From contig RHPI01003079.1 of the NCBI GenBank assembly GCA_009103225.1, positions 201,163 to 265,162 on the forward strand: a DNA stretch of 64,000 nt, written 5' to 3'. Each line of letters begins with the position of its first letter. Position 1 is the stretch's first letter. Under the pieces are notes generated by a model. It was given only the letters and a program-made list of their open reading frames with translations. It had not been told where the DNA came from and searched no databases. Positions 45,568 to 59,451 of the stretch are shown piece after piece. Origin of the DNA: Chlorokybus atmophyticus (lineage: Eukaryota; Plantae; Mesostigma and Chlorokybus algae). Both the position numbers and the translations under genes were made by a program.

Positions 45568-47354
45568 GCGATGATGTCGGCGATGACGTCTTGCTGCGCC
45601 ACCTCGACGTCGTCTTGCTGCTCGCCGTCCGCGTCGCTGCGGCCGCCGTCGTCGGGGCTGGGGCTGGGGCTGGGGCGGCGAGGCAGGGGTCTCCTTCAGG
45701 CAAAGCGTGCCAGCAGGTGTGTAACTTGGGGAAAGGATGATTATGATGGGCAGAGATGGTAAACTGTTTCTAGTAGATTGAACTGTGTTTTTTTGTCGTT
45801 CGACGCGCAAGTCTGTGCCATCATGTCGTTTCAATTGTCGCAGACATCAACCACCATGTTGACAGCTGCTGCCACCACAGGCTTTTTATGAACTTGCCCT
45901 GTTCGACAAAGCCTTTGGAATTGCTTGCTGCATATCCATCTCTGCGCTTCACGCGCTGGTTTCAGCACTATGCATGCAAATCTTTATAACTCGCGTCATG
46001 CGTGCACTCTCCCCTGGTTGTATCATCATACATTATTTCATGTATCACGTGCCCATTTGAGCCCATGGGAGTTTCATTGTTCCATCGTACGTTCAGTCTC
46101 GGTCATGCCCTTGGACATGGAACTGATTGTTCATCGCGCAGCTTGCGAGTACGCATCTCCACACATGGGACGTCTGAGCCATGCAAAGAAGGGACAAACA
46201 GCAACAAACCTGGTCCCAGCCCGCCGTTACCCCCGCGCAGACCGCCACCCCCACCCCGCACAACACTGAAGGTGAGACAACATACGCACATGTACGCGCA
46301 CACGCCAAGGGGTACATAACCCATGTGCATACACATACATGGGCGCACACACACATGCTCGTGCATACACATGTACAAACAATGCGCAACAGTATGTATA
46401 CACACACGTGCATGCGCGCAGATCTGCAGAGTAGCAAATTCACATGCATGTGTGTGCACAACAGGAGGTGTTGGCGAAGGTGGAGGCAGCGGTAATGCCA
46501 CAGACTGAGGGTGACGCCAAGGACGCATTTTGGATTGCGCTGTCAATAGCGGTGCTGCTGTGGGCCAGCCAGCGCGTCGTCTGCGCCGCAATGCACATCC
46601 AACACTACCTCCACCACCTTGACCAACTATAGTTCAATACCACACTACTGATATACACTGGCACATCCGAGGAGTAGCGTCCGGCGGAACGGCCGGGCGA
46701 TGTACATAGCATGTTTTGTGTATGTTGAGAGGTGGGCTGCTTGTATGAGAGCAGCTGGACGACCCCATTTGTACATGATACCCCCCAGTGGTTTTCAGCA
46801 CTGGGGAAAGAAAGACAATGAAAACATGACTGTAAGCTTAGCCTCTGCTGCCGGTTCACCTTGACTGTGCCACACAGCCACTAGCTGTATCTTGTAAAGA
46901 TGTTGCTACTGTTGCTTGGATTGAATGGGACAACCTGCGTATGAGATCACATGTAGTTGCTATTGTATAGACTACATGTCTGCCAATGTACACAAGGTGC
47001 AGTTGCAGAGGTCTCAATCGTATCCAGCCACGCGCGCTCTGGATCACATGTAGCATACCATGTCATTTTATCCTCGACGCCGAGACGCACAGCACCCTGG
47101 GCTGCAGTTTTCACGTCGTCATCGACATGTGCGCTAGGAGGGCGCTGGCTACGCGTGACTTGCCCTTGCGCAGGCTATCGAGCTACTTGGCTCTGTACCG
47201 GCAGCATGTGGCTTGCGCGCTGCAGCGTGCTCAGGGCATCACCATCCTAGAGCGTGGGGCGGCGGTCGTGGCGGCTGTATCAGGCTGGGGACCAGTTCAG
47301 ACGGCAGCGCCAACGTCGGAAGCGAACGGTGTGCTGGCGGCTGCAGCCGTTTAG
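45568..47354 (+). CDS. Hypothetical multi-exon protein (unknown)
   Basis: Coding-like exons with GT-AG borders (e.g. 46465 EVLAKVEAAVMPQTEGDAKDAFWIALSIAVLLWASQ; 47080-47354), and a telo-box AAACCCTAA at 45502. Exon joining not resolved. Confidence 0.35.
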
Positions 47355-47757
47355 ATGTGTAGGCGTGCTGGCGTGCGTGTGAGTTTACTGGTGCAGTGTG
47401 ATAGGCATGGCTGACAGTGCGTAGCTTCGTATGACGATGTTGCTGTACTAGTAATGTCATCTTTTAATCTGTCACACACGACTTGCACGCTGCTTGTCTA
47501 CATATTTGGCACAGGTGCACGTAGCCAGCACATGACTGCAGTCGCGTGCTCATACCTCGCAGCGTGCAGCTGTCATGATGGCAACAGCAGCACAGCTACT
47601 GTAAAATGGACTGGTTACACAACCAGCAACTAGAGTGTATGATGCAATATGCTGTGTACAGAATAAGCGCGCTGTGTGGCGCAACACAAGTGCAGTGCTC
47701 CCAGAACTTCTGTCAGCAAACGACATTCATGCATACGCATGCAACAATTGTATGTGT

Positions 47758-50627
47758 CTAGTGCAGCAGGCCCTGGTACATTGACATGAACAGAGACAGC
47801 CACAACGTGAGCGGCGGGATGCACAGCACGTAATCCCACAGCAACAGCCGTGCCACAGCCGGCGCCACCGGCTTGGTCTCCTCCCTCAACTGCACATGAC
47901 ACGCACACCACTCAGCGTTACGCAGGACATAAAGTACAGCTAATGTGTGTGTCTCTCACCTGAGGAATGAGTGCAAGGTTCTGCGCGGACGGCATGGCAG
48001 ATTGCGCTAACAACAGCAGGAAGCACACGGGATCGCGTGGGATTAGTGCATTCCGCCACAACGCCTGAACAACAAAGGGAAAGGTGTATCCAGTAAAGTG
48101 ACATGCATGTCAGCAGCGTGTGCGCATGTGCATGCATGTGAATGCCAGTGCCATGTACGCTTATGGACACACACACGCACACGCGCGCACGCATGCGTGT
48201 CTGCGCGCGCTCGCGCGTGCGTGCGTGCGTGCGCGCGCAAGTATGGGTGTGTTATTGCTGTACACTCACTGTGACAATGGCTAGCGCTGCGAGAGGGCTG
48301 AGCACGTGGCGCACGCCAAGCACTGCCCACAACACTCTGCGATCCAACCGCAGCACCTCAACCCTTCCTCCCTCACCTGCCAACAGCACACACACTCACA
48401 TACACACACCACGTGCTTGATGACTTGCTCTCAAACTACACCCTGCGCTCGCACCTTCTTTGTTGTTTTTTGGTATCAGCGAGGAAGCCAGCACAATGGT
48501 CTGCACAGGGAGGACGGCCTGGCCGAGAAGCGTGAGGCAATCGAACAGTGACTTTGAGAAAAATCGACCGAGGCTGGACAACAAGCTTGCATCGGATGAC
48601 GCAGGAGGTGCGTTCATGACGAGGGCCTTTAGTGGAGAGACGCCTATGATGAAGCCAACAATGACCTGCGCAAAGGAGATGACGGTCATGCGAGTGCCTT
48701 TGCAGATGCCATGAGCATATATGTCTGGGCCTCTGAAGCACACATGCTAGCACGCACAAGCGAGCATACACACACACGCGCACTTGCAAGCATGCAGACG
48801 CACACACCTTGCACATGGAGACGCATGCACACGCACATGCACGCAGCCACATGCATGCATGCACGCGCACATGCGCACACATGTTATGGGCGTGTGAGCG
48901 CTCACACACACAAAAGTATGTGCACGTAAGGCCTTCGCTCACCGCGACTAAAGGAGGGTTGACAACTCGTTGCAAGAACTGCACAAAGCCACTGATTTGG
49001 CTGCCCATGGAGCCTCCACTGGCTGGCGCTGAAGTCGAGCTGTTGCTGCTGGTGCTGTATCCTCCCAACAGCAGGTTGTAGCCCAGAGACCAGAGCCAAG
49101 GCGACCATCCCAGCAGGAACAGCGCCACGTACCCCACACACCTGTCCATTTCGGCTCCAGACAACAACGTCGTCATGTACACCTGGCGTCAAGAAGTTGC
49201 TTGGGAACTAGCAACATACGCGCACACATGCGTGCGCACGCGTGCGTATGTGTGGTGCGCGTGTCGTGTTCGTGTGCATGCCGCGAGACAGGCATTCCTT
49301 TTGCTCACCAGAGGGAGGGTCATGGAGTTGCCAAATGCGCAGGCCGCCGTGACTATCTTGGCTTGCATCTCGTCCGGCACGTATCCTGGCCTGATCAAAC
49401 CATGAGCAGCCCAAAATAGCAGCTAACGACATCATCGCAAGCATAAACATGAACGAATGGTTGGACTGGCAAGTAAGCACCTGGTTTGCGTGGCTTCGCC
49501 GAACAGGAGCTTAGCAGCAAGCTTCCCAAAGAAGAAGCCAACTACTATCTGCTTGACTGATGCAAAGTCAGTACTACTCAACCAACAAAGAAACAAGGAT
49601 ACAAGAAGAAGTATTCACTCAATCACCTGCGAGGTGGCAGCAAGCGGGAAAAACACAAGCTGGCGTGCATCTTGCGAAGCTAGTGTCGCTGCCACCTGAA
49701 AAGGAGACACTCTCACGAGCTTCGCAAAAGCTAGCGTTATGGCAACAGTGACTGATAGTATCACAGGCATCCACCTTGGAGAGTAAGAAGGCAGGTATGA
49801 ATGTCTTGAATGCAACTGCGCTGAGCACAGAAGGAGTGGCAGCCGGCAGGCGCTTGCTTTGCATGAGCCACGCCACCGTGCCTGCGCGCACGCAACTGTT
49901 CCACATTGTTCACGCCATCGATGCATGGTCCAGTTTCATATTGATTCAGGCACACAGGCACACACGCACGCATGCGCTCACATACCCACAACAGCGCATG
50001 CATAAAACTGTACCAATGGCAGCTTACCGCAGATAAGAAAGAGCTTTAAGGATGCCGAGCACGACGCCGACAACACCGCTGAGTTGTGGTTAAACAGCTC
50101 AATAATTCGATCACTCGCGCTCGCACTGCCTGCCCCACTGAGCAACCCCGAATACGAGCATGTTGTTGTTGAACAGGAGGCTTTCCTCCCACCGAATCTC
50201 CGCTTATGATGATGGTGGTGATGGTGCTTGTTTATCCTTATCGGGTGTGGCCTAAGCCCTGCCCTACCTGACATAACGACGCGTAAGTGCAAGTGTAACG
50301 CAACCTCAAGCCTCGCTTGCCAGGATGTATGGCATTGCCACTACGGTTCGTACCTGATGAGACTCGTGCATGAGTATGTGCTGCTATCCCTGCCACTCCC
50401 TTTGCAGCCTGCTGCTTGCTTCTAAGTGTGTTGTGGCCTGATGGCGCAGTCAGGCCAGGCCACAGCAGACTGCTGCCGCTGCTTGTGGCTAGACAGACCA
50501 ACATGGGTTGACCCATGTTGGCTGTAAGACAGTACTTGCTGTGTTGTGTTACAGTTGCCACCTGAGCAGCAACAGGGTAGGCTTCATTTGGTTGTTGTGC
50601 GATGTGCGCCATGACGAGCTCAAGCAT
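47758..50627 (-). CDS. PILS: PIN-LIKES / auxin efflux carrier family membrane transporter
   Basis: Exons SLKLFLICG, AFKTFIPAFLLSKV, IVTAACAFGNSMTLPL, RVVNPPLVA, LLGQAVLPVQTIVLASSL, PRDPVCFLLLLAQSAMPSAQNL, ending TAG at 47758-47760. The 5' end is uncertain. Confidence 0.85.
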
Positions 50628-51131
50628 GCAATAGAAGACTGAATCCAGACAGACGAACGATGTGGATCAAGCAAAAAGGCACAACAACATAGTGTTTGAA
50701 ACAACAGACAGCAACGCTGCTGACTTGCTTACCTGACTAACAGGCAGGATGAGCCACCGGCATGAAGCCGGGGGCTGCCAGGATGGGGTGAAGCCAGAGG
50801 CGGCAGCTGCCAGTCTTTGACATACTACGCTTCACCAATGAACCGCTGTCTCCTTCTTCCGCTCCCGCCGCCTCATGCATGCACACAGCTGAGCTTAGCG
50901 CACAGCAACAAGCAAGCAAGCCAGCAAGCTTACACACGAGACTGTGTTCAAGACGCACGTTAGCCTGGCCGCGTATTGTTCGCGGCTGCCCATATGAAAG
51001 CGATTCATTAACGTGGACAACGTTAGCTGACATGGGTTGTTTGCTGTTCCTCACTTCCGCGCATCGCATTGGCGTTGGTGTTGGTGTTGGTGTTGGCGGC
51101 GGCACGGGCGCCCTGCTACAAGGCAGGCGAG

Positions 51132-54100
51132 ATGGGTGAGCGGAGCAAGGACAAGGACAAAGACAGGGACAGAGATAGGGATAGAGAAAGGGAGCACAAG
51201 GAGGGGAGGAAGCACAGGCGGCGGGATCACGGCGGAGGCGGCAGCCGCAGCAGGAGCAGAGACAAGGACAGAGATAAGGAGAGGGGCAGGGACAGAGACA
51301 GGGAGGAGGAGGCTCGCAGCCGCAGCCGGAGTCGCAGCAGAGACAGGGGGCGGAGCGAGGCGGCCGCCAAGGAGGTGGAGAAGGAGAGGGAGAAGGAGAC
51401 CGAGAAGGAGAAGGAGAGGGAGCGGCGCAGGCGGAAGAGCGGCTGGGATGAGACGCCTGCCAATGCGGGAGGAGGTACTCTGCCTGCTTGCCTGTCGTCC
51501 TCTTTTCCTTTGTTCTTTGCACCTCACATTGCACCAGAGTAACAACAGTCTGTCGGTATTGTGGTGTAAAGAGGCCTGTTAGCTAGCCCACCTCGTAAAT
51601 AATGCATGTCACATTGACATATGACATGCGTCGCATTGTCTACGGCCCGCTGTTTGCACACAACCAACATACACATTGCTGGTAAGGCACTCGCAAACTT
51701 GCTCATGTGCAGCGCCAAGCACTACTGGGGTTGCCACACCCTCATACACGGGTCTATCCGGTGCGGCCGCCGCTCTGGCAGCCAACACCCACGTTGCCAT
51801 CCCGCCGTTGTTCCAGCTGAACCCCATGGTGAGTACCACACACATTACACACGCCAGGTGAGTCTGAGTGAGGACGTTTGAGTGATCTTGTTGTGGTTGT
51901 GTGTGCAGGCGCTGCTTGCGCAGCAGCAGGCGACTGCCATGCAGGCCGCCACACTCGCCAAAGCCGGTCAGCCTAAGTCAATGGGTGCGTTGCATGCTCA
52001 CATGGCGTGTATACAGTTGTGTTGATGTCACCAATCGAACAGTACTGACTAGTGCGTGCTCTTTGCGTGTGCAGCGTGCAGAATATATGTTGGCAGCATC
52101 AACTATGAAATCACCGAGGCTGATATGATTATGGCGTTCTCACCGTTCGGTGAGTAAATCTGCTTTGACGCAGCACTGACACTGCCTGAGACAAAGCCAC
52201 CATGCATGCAAGTTGTTGCCACAGACGGTATGGTTCAGCGAATCTGCCAATTTGTTTGTCTTTTCTGCAGGTCCCATTGGTCACATAGACATGCCAAAGG
52301 TATAGTGTGCATGCCATGCAGCTGGCACGGTTGCCATGTGGTGATCTTATGCATGCAACTCTTGTCAACATATCATAGTACTTGCACTATCAATCACGCT
52401 GTCATCATCAGGACTCGGCTACGGGCCGGCACAAAGGCTTTTGCTTCATCGAGTTCGCCACAGCTGAAGCGGCTCTGGCTGCAACTCAAACCATGGACGG
52501 CTTCGTTCTGGGCGGCAGGTAGCTGCTACATGCATTCGTGACATTTAAGTGTGGCACCCTACTACTCACACATTACACGCCACATGCCTGATCCTTTTGC
52601 TGTGTACTTTCTCCTTCTTCTGTGCGTGTACTTTGCATTTCTGTGCCCTCTCTTGCTTCCTCTCTCTTCAGCCGTATCGCGTGTCTCTGTTGGTGCGCCC
52701 GGCCAAGCCAGCCATCAGGCAACGCTCATCCCGCCGTTGCACATTACTCAGCATCTTACTGCACGCTGTGTGTTGCGACACATCAACCAGCAAGCAACAG
52801 ACAGACATCTTGTGTCAATGCACGAGTCAGATGTTTGGTTGTGTATCGGTCAACAAATACACTTGTGTGACGCAGACGAGTCAAGGTGGGGCGGCCAAAC
52901 AATGTGGTCAGCTCAACCCCAACTGCCGCACAAGCCAATGCGAGTAAGCAAACACATGGCCTTGCATGCTCAGTGCTGAAACAGTATAATGACTGATCAT
53001 TGCTTGTCTCCACAACAGTGTACAGCAACCCCTATTTGGCGACATTGGCAAGGGTACGACTTATTGCAGATGACATGGAAGCTTGAGTGGGGTTGCAATG
53101 ATGTTGTCTTGATAGTTACTGATGTGTCATGCAGAGCGGGCAGCTTCCGATCGGGCAGCTTCCTGGACTTTCAATGGGGCAGATTCCGGGCATTGCAATG
53201 CCTACACCTCAAGTGGTAGCGCCACCTGTTGTGCAGGTGATCTTGCTATTGCACTGCCCAACATGGCTGCCGGCTCTAGTGTGCTTCTTCTTACTAAGTG
53301 TCATCTGCTTTGCAGCCCTCGCCCATCCCAGCTGTTGTGACTGGCGACACAAGAAACACCAGGTATGTGCGCGTTTTATCTTCGTCATGTGCATTGTTTC
53401 GCCCATATGTTGAAATCAATGACAGCAAAGAATCCAATTGATGCATTTGGCCGTTTTCGTGTGCACAGTTTGTACTGCTGTCACTGTCACGTACCTGTTG
53501 TACCTATCACTTGTTACTTCAACCTCTCTGTTTCTGTTTTTCTCCGTTTGTTTCTGGTCTCCTCTCTCTTTTCTCTCTCTCTTTTGTGGCTTGTGTAGCT
53601 GTGTGTGAGTGCAGCAAAAGGAAAGGAAACCCCACCCTGGCAGGATTTATGTCGGCTCGTTGTTCTACGACATCTCCGAAGATGACGTGAAGGCCGTGTT
53701 TGGCCCGTTTGGCCCCGTGCGCTCGTGCCAACTCATCCCCAACCCGGAGACCGGCAAACACAAAGGCTACGGATTCATCGAGTTTGATAACCACACCTCA
53801 GCTGTGGCCGCCATAGAACAAATGAACGGGTTTCAGCTAGGCGGACGCCCTCTGAAGGTACACATAAACACGCAACCGTCACATAACCACGCAAGCAATG
53901 CTGCAAGCAATGCCAACAGCGCTCTCAACATGTCGTTGGTATTGTTGTTGTTGATCTCCTAGTCACTGTCCTCGTCTTTGTAGTAGTAGTTGTTGTGACA
54001 CTGATTCATGTTGCTTGCTGCATGTTAGGTTGGTTGGGCGGCTTCGGCTACGTCAAACGCCGTCCCAACCATCGCAGCGGGGGCGATCCCCAACATATCG

Positions 54101-54821
54101 CCCTCAATCAGCGCCAATCTTGCGCACATCGCTGCGCAGATATCGCAGAACATTGATCTCAAAAAGGCCGAAGAATCGCTTAGCGCCGATGAGAACCTCG
54201 CCATCGGATCCAACCAGCGCTTTGCTATCATGCAGAAACTCGCCAGGTGAGGCACAAGTGTAGTTGTTATGCCAAGCATGGTTGCCACTTGTTGTTGCAT
54301 TGACAGTGGATTGGAAATTGCTTGTAGGGCGGATGGCGCAGCGCCCGTGCAGCCTCCCCAAATGACTGTGCAGGTGCAACCCACATCGTCGCGCTGCGTC
54401 GTGCTGCGCAACATGGTGGGGCCGGAGGAGGTGGACGCTGAGCTCCAGAATGAGGTGCGTGATGGTTGTGCAGTTACAACATGTACTCACGCGCGTGTTT
54501 GTGTATGTGCACATGCGTGCGTGCAGAGTGTACAGCTCTCTACAAGAGTTACACGCATTCATTCGCGCTGCAACTGTTGTGCATTGGCAGGTCACCGAGG
54601 AGTGCGGCAAGTACGGCAACGTGGACCGTGTGACGATCTACAAGGAGCAGCAGTCGACGAACCCCTCGGACGTGATCGTGAAGATCTTCGTGCTGTTCTC
54701 GGCCGTGGCGGAAGCGCAGCTCGCCGTCAAAGCCCTCGACAAGAGGTGGTTTGGAGGACGCACCGTGCAGGCGCAGTTCTACGGAGAAGCGCGATACACG
54801 GGCGGAGACTACTCGGGGTAG
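51132..54821 (+). CDS. PUF60: Poly(U)-binding splicing factor PUF60 (RD/RE-rich N-terminus, 2 RRM + UHM)
   Basis: RRM1 CRIYVGSINYEI...HKGFCFIEF...GGRRVKVGRP; RRM2 GRIYVGSLFYDI...KHKGYGFIEF; UHM CVVLRNMV...EECGKYG...VKIFVLF...RWFGGRTV; consistent GT-AG introns. Confidence 0.93.
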
Positions 54822-56300
54822 TGCGTGCATGCTTTTGATTTGGCAGTCACACTGAGTCGCGTATGTCGCAAAGAGAGGTTCATGTGGGCTATGGTGCCAT
54901 GCCGGAACTGACACAGGCTGGGTGATGATGGTGCATGCAACACATGCAAACCACTGTATTACTCAGGGTTGTTTCATACCGTACACCAGCCAGTAGTACG
55001 TCACCGTAAGTTGTGCAGTTAACCATGGTGCGCCTATAAAAGGTTGTATTTATAGGCACAATCAGGCAGTGGTGTTGTGGTGGGCACGCGCAGGCATGTA
55101 CGCGTGCTTGAACAGTAGTTGCACTAAAGGGCACAAGCAGGCAATGTAGTATTCATGGCAACAAAGCTAGCAACTGCAAAAGCGATGATCACCAACCAAC
55201 AAAGGCTGTTTGTACGTTCTGCACACAGCCCTTCCTAAGTGCTCCCTTCCTCTAACTCACTCAGTCAGTCCACTCGTACACCTCTTGGACCAAACTCGCT
55301 GCACACGCCTGCATACAACACCAGTACCAGGTATAAGCACAACAGAACAACAATGACAACAATGAACAACCACAACAACAGTGAGTCGACAGCAGCAACG
55401 ACAACGACAACCGCCGCCGCCGCCGCCAGTGTGTGCTTCCACATGTGCATTGTGTTCGTGCGAGCAATGGGTGGGCGTTCTTGGTGAGGCGGCGGCGGTG
55501 GTGTCTGTCTTGATTGCGTCGTCGTCGTTGTTGTTGTGATCGTGTTGAGGTTGTTGCGGTCATCCGTGTCGGCCGCGCTGGCTGGTGGCTTGTTCACGGG
55601 CGGCGGCGGCGGCCGAGGCTGGCGTGGAGACGGAGGAGGAGGAGGAGGAGGCGAAGCTGGATCAGCTGTATTGGGTCAGTTGTTTTTGGTTTGGTTCTAT
55701 TGTCCACCAGTCAAGTTATGCGACTCATGCTAGTGTGTATTTTGTCAGCGACCGTTGGATGTCTGTTGTTCAGAAAGCTGTCGTAGGCTTGATACGGTTT
55801 TTCCCAGGTGGCATGGCATGCACCTGTGATATAGTTCGCAAGCAATGCTGTCTGTTTCCATGCCACGTGTGGATAACACACACATTGTCACACAGCATCC
55901 AGTGATGCTGGTGGCTCTTCTTTGCAGAGCGTCTTGTCATGTTGTGTTCTTTATTGTTTGTTAGAGATTTGTTGTTAGTACCCGTTTTCTTGTTGTGCAC
56001 CTTACAAGCCATGGTGCGCTCACAGGTTATACAATTGTCAACGCATGTGTCGTTGTAGTCATTTATGTGGAGGATTGTAACTGTTGCATGCATGATGGAT
56101 ATACAGTGACCGTTTCTCCCTCCCTATTTTTGTCTTTATAGTGTTTTACAATGACTTTTGTATTTTGTTTTTTGACACAGGTTATCTATATGTGGTTGAA
56201 TCACAGGACGGATGATTAAATGAGACGTTTTATTGTATAAACAACTTGTTACCGTACTGACATCAAGTCCCGGTGGAGAAAGAGGCGTAATCGACACAAG

Positions 56301-59300
56301 ATGTTGCTGCGGAGACTACTGGTGAGCAACACAATTGTGCATCCAAGACAACATCATCATCATCACACGCAACGGAGTGCTTGGTGCGTTTTGCCGATTG
56401 TTGGCACAACGATTCCTGTCATCGCACACGCTTGGCGTATTGGCGTGCGTGCGTGCGTGTGCATGCATGCATGTGCACGTTGTTGTGAGCACATGCATGC
56501 ATGTACGCATCCTTGCACGTGCATGCGCACGCATGCATACGTACTTGACCATGTGAATGCGTGTGGGCGTGTGCGCATGCGCGCGTATTTGCGCGCGCAC
56601 GTGTGCAGCACGTTTGCAACCACCACATCATCGCTCACGCACAACCTTCGTTGCAGCGGGAAGGCACGAGAGAGATCCACCACAGCTGCAACTTCTTCCG
56701 CACAACATTCCGCCTTAGTGGATACCAGCGCGCGTACTGGGCCACATCGTCGATATCACCGCGCGCGTCGTGGATATGGCCAGCTACCGAAACCACAAAC
56801 AGGCTACGGTAGAAAAAAACAACCTCACGCGACATGACACGTTGCATCGCAAACAGAGCTTGTTGTTGTCCTTGAGTTTTGTTGGAATGACAAGGTTGGC
56901 AACGTGGGACAGGTTGGAGTTGTTGGGAGGGAGGGAGTTGTGCACAGGGGTGGCGCATACAAGTGGCAGCAGCCATGAGGATGACGACGTTGTGGTCAGT
57001 ACCAGTGTCAGTAATGCTGCGGTGAGTTTGAAGAGTCACAAAGCGCCCGCTGGTGTTGCGGGCTGTGTGTTGCAGTGATTGTACACACATGTGTGTATAC
57101 AGGCACAGATAAGGGCACATGTTCGCGTGTGCGTGCGCGGGTACATGTGTGTCTGTGTGCGCGCACGCACACGCATGAAAGTGTGTGCATGTGCATTACG
57201 CTTACAAGCACACAAATGCACACGCTTCGTGTGATACATTGGCAGACTGCCAATGTATTACACGAAGCGTTTGTGTGCGCGCGTGCACATGTGTGAAGTG
57301 TGTACCAGCGTACACCCCCACAAGTGTTGCAACCCGCACACTTCAGCATCACAGCACCATAGCAACACACTCACGCATCCGCAGGAGGGCGCCAACACAG
57401 ACACCGACACCGACTGCACCAAAGCCACATCACTACCACCAACAACATCAACAACCACATCACCCCCCACCCAGGAGAGTACTGCCACCCTTCCTGAGAA
57501 GAAGAAGCGCGGCCGCCCCCGCAAACTCCCCCTCATCCCCATCGACAGTAGTAGCACTGCTGCTGCTACCCTCCCCCCCCTCCTCCCTCTCACTGACTCT
57601 CCCGTGGTACTCAAGAAGCCCGTGGGTCGTCCGAAGCGCCTCCCCCGCTGGTCCGAGGGCGAGCAGGCCTCCGTGCGCGCGTTCTGGGAGGGGCTCGGGG
57701 CCGGGCTCAGCGAGAGACAGGTGGACACGCTCATCAGGAGGGGGGAGACCAGCGCGTTCCATAGGGATCCGGAGAAGATCGAAGCGAGGCTCAAGGAGGT
57801 GAGAGGGGGGGGCGGGTGTGGTCGTCGTGCGCGTGCACGCGTATATGTGGACGCACATCCGCGCGCGTTTGTGGGTGTGGCAATGCGGGCGCGAGCGCGC
57901 ACGTATCTGTGTGTGAGTACGTGTGCGCGTATCTGTGTGTGCGTGCGCGCGCGTGTGTCACGTACGTATGTGCACGTACATGTGCGTATGCACTCTCTCA
58001 CGCACACACACGCGCATGTGCAGTTTGCCAACCACAGTAAGCAGAAGTGCAAAGTCCCCACTGATCCATATTTTTATGCATATGCTTTCGTTGTGGCAGC
58101 TGGCGAAGGCGTTCCCCATGGTCGACATCATGTCCTACCTCCGCAAGACCCCCGAGACCATCAAGATCAACCCCGAGAAGATCACCCGCAACGCGTTGGG
58201 TCTCAAAGCCCTCCTCAACCTCAACGACGACGAGTTCACCAAAGTGATCAACCGCGGGCCCAACATCATGGGCCAGACTCCGGAGCTACTGGCCAGGAAG
58301 CTGTTGGCGTTGAAAGCTCTGTTGAGTTTGACAGATGATCAGCTGAGGAAGCTTATCGTGCTGAGTCCGGGAGTGCTAACGAGGAAACCGGTGAAGGTGA
58401 GAGACAAGTTGGTGGCGCTCACGGAGGCGCTGCACAGGCATCGATGCGGGGATCAGGTGGGGGTGGTTGGGGTGTGTGCGCGCGCAACGTGTTGTTAGTG
58501 TGCACATGCACTGCATGTGTTTGTTCGCACATCGCTGGCATGAATGTGCATGCTGTTGTGTGCATCTGAGAGACGCGTTCCGTGTTAGGTATTCATTTGG
58601 CTCTTAACTCGCGCTCAATTCTCCCACATGCGCACGTGCAGTTATGCCCATGTACGCGCACACATACACCCCGTGGAATGCAGACTTGCAGGCATGTGTT
58701 CATGCTTGACATCAATATATGGGTGGCATCACACACGTATGTACCACTCGCCTTTGTACATGCACTATGCATACCATGTCTCTCTCACCTCAACGCATCA
58801 ACCTCAAGGCCACTCTCTTAGACTGGTGATTGTCCACACACTTTTATGCTTGCATGCCCACATTGCGCATGACACAACAACAACAACAACAACAACACAT
58901 ACCCACATGCATGCACGCGCAGGCGACCGCCCTGGGCATGGTGATCAGCGCGCCGATGCTGCTGAACTTCTCCGTTGAGAGGCTGGCGGGAACTATAGCG
59001 ACGCTCTGCCAGCGCGTGCCCCCGGCCGAGAGAGACCTCTGGTAAGGATGATTGAACCTGTCAACATACCACCACTGATAACAGTTTGCGATGGTGCAGC
59101 CATGACAATAGTAACTGCACGTGCGTCATGTGCGTGTGACTTGCATACACACCTGTAAAAGCAATGCGCGCGCACATGTACACATGCATGCAGACACACA
59201 CGCACGTGCGCACACCTACGCGCACACGCAGGGGTCCTTCCATCTGGGGTCACATGGCGCTTGTGAACGACCGCAAGCTTGCGCGTCTGGCGTACCGCGT

Positions 59301-59451
59301 GGAGAAGGGCGTGCGGCTTGCCCCCACCACGACCGTCGACATGAACATCGTCAAGTGGCTCGAACGCCACCCGGATTACGAAGACTGGTTGAAAGGGCAC
59401 CTGCTGAGTGAAGAAAACAAGCAGGCTCTGATCGTCTCACCACAGACATGA
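56301..59451 (+). CDS. mTERF: mTERF-like organellar protein with AT-hook-like motifs
   Basis: Targeting-peptide-like start; KKRGRPRK and KPVGRPKR; ~35-aa repeats ending in P-x-x-L/I (KTPETIKINPEKI, RGPNIMGQTPELL, LSPGVLTRKPVKV, SAPMLLNFSVERL); exons 57369-57798, 58100-58456, 58922-59042 and 59231-59451. Confidence 0.7.

Noticed and set aside
50737-51545. Minus-strand Pro/Cys/Leu/Ser-rich ORFs
   Set aside because: Antisense shadows of the RD/RE-rich first exon of PUF60.
55239-55790. Short ORFs with poly-Thr/Gly/Arg runs downstream of PUF60
   Set aside because: Driven by (CAA)n/(GGC)n/(GGA)n repeats; no consistent exon chain or domain found.
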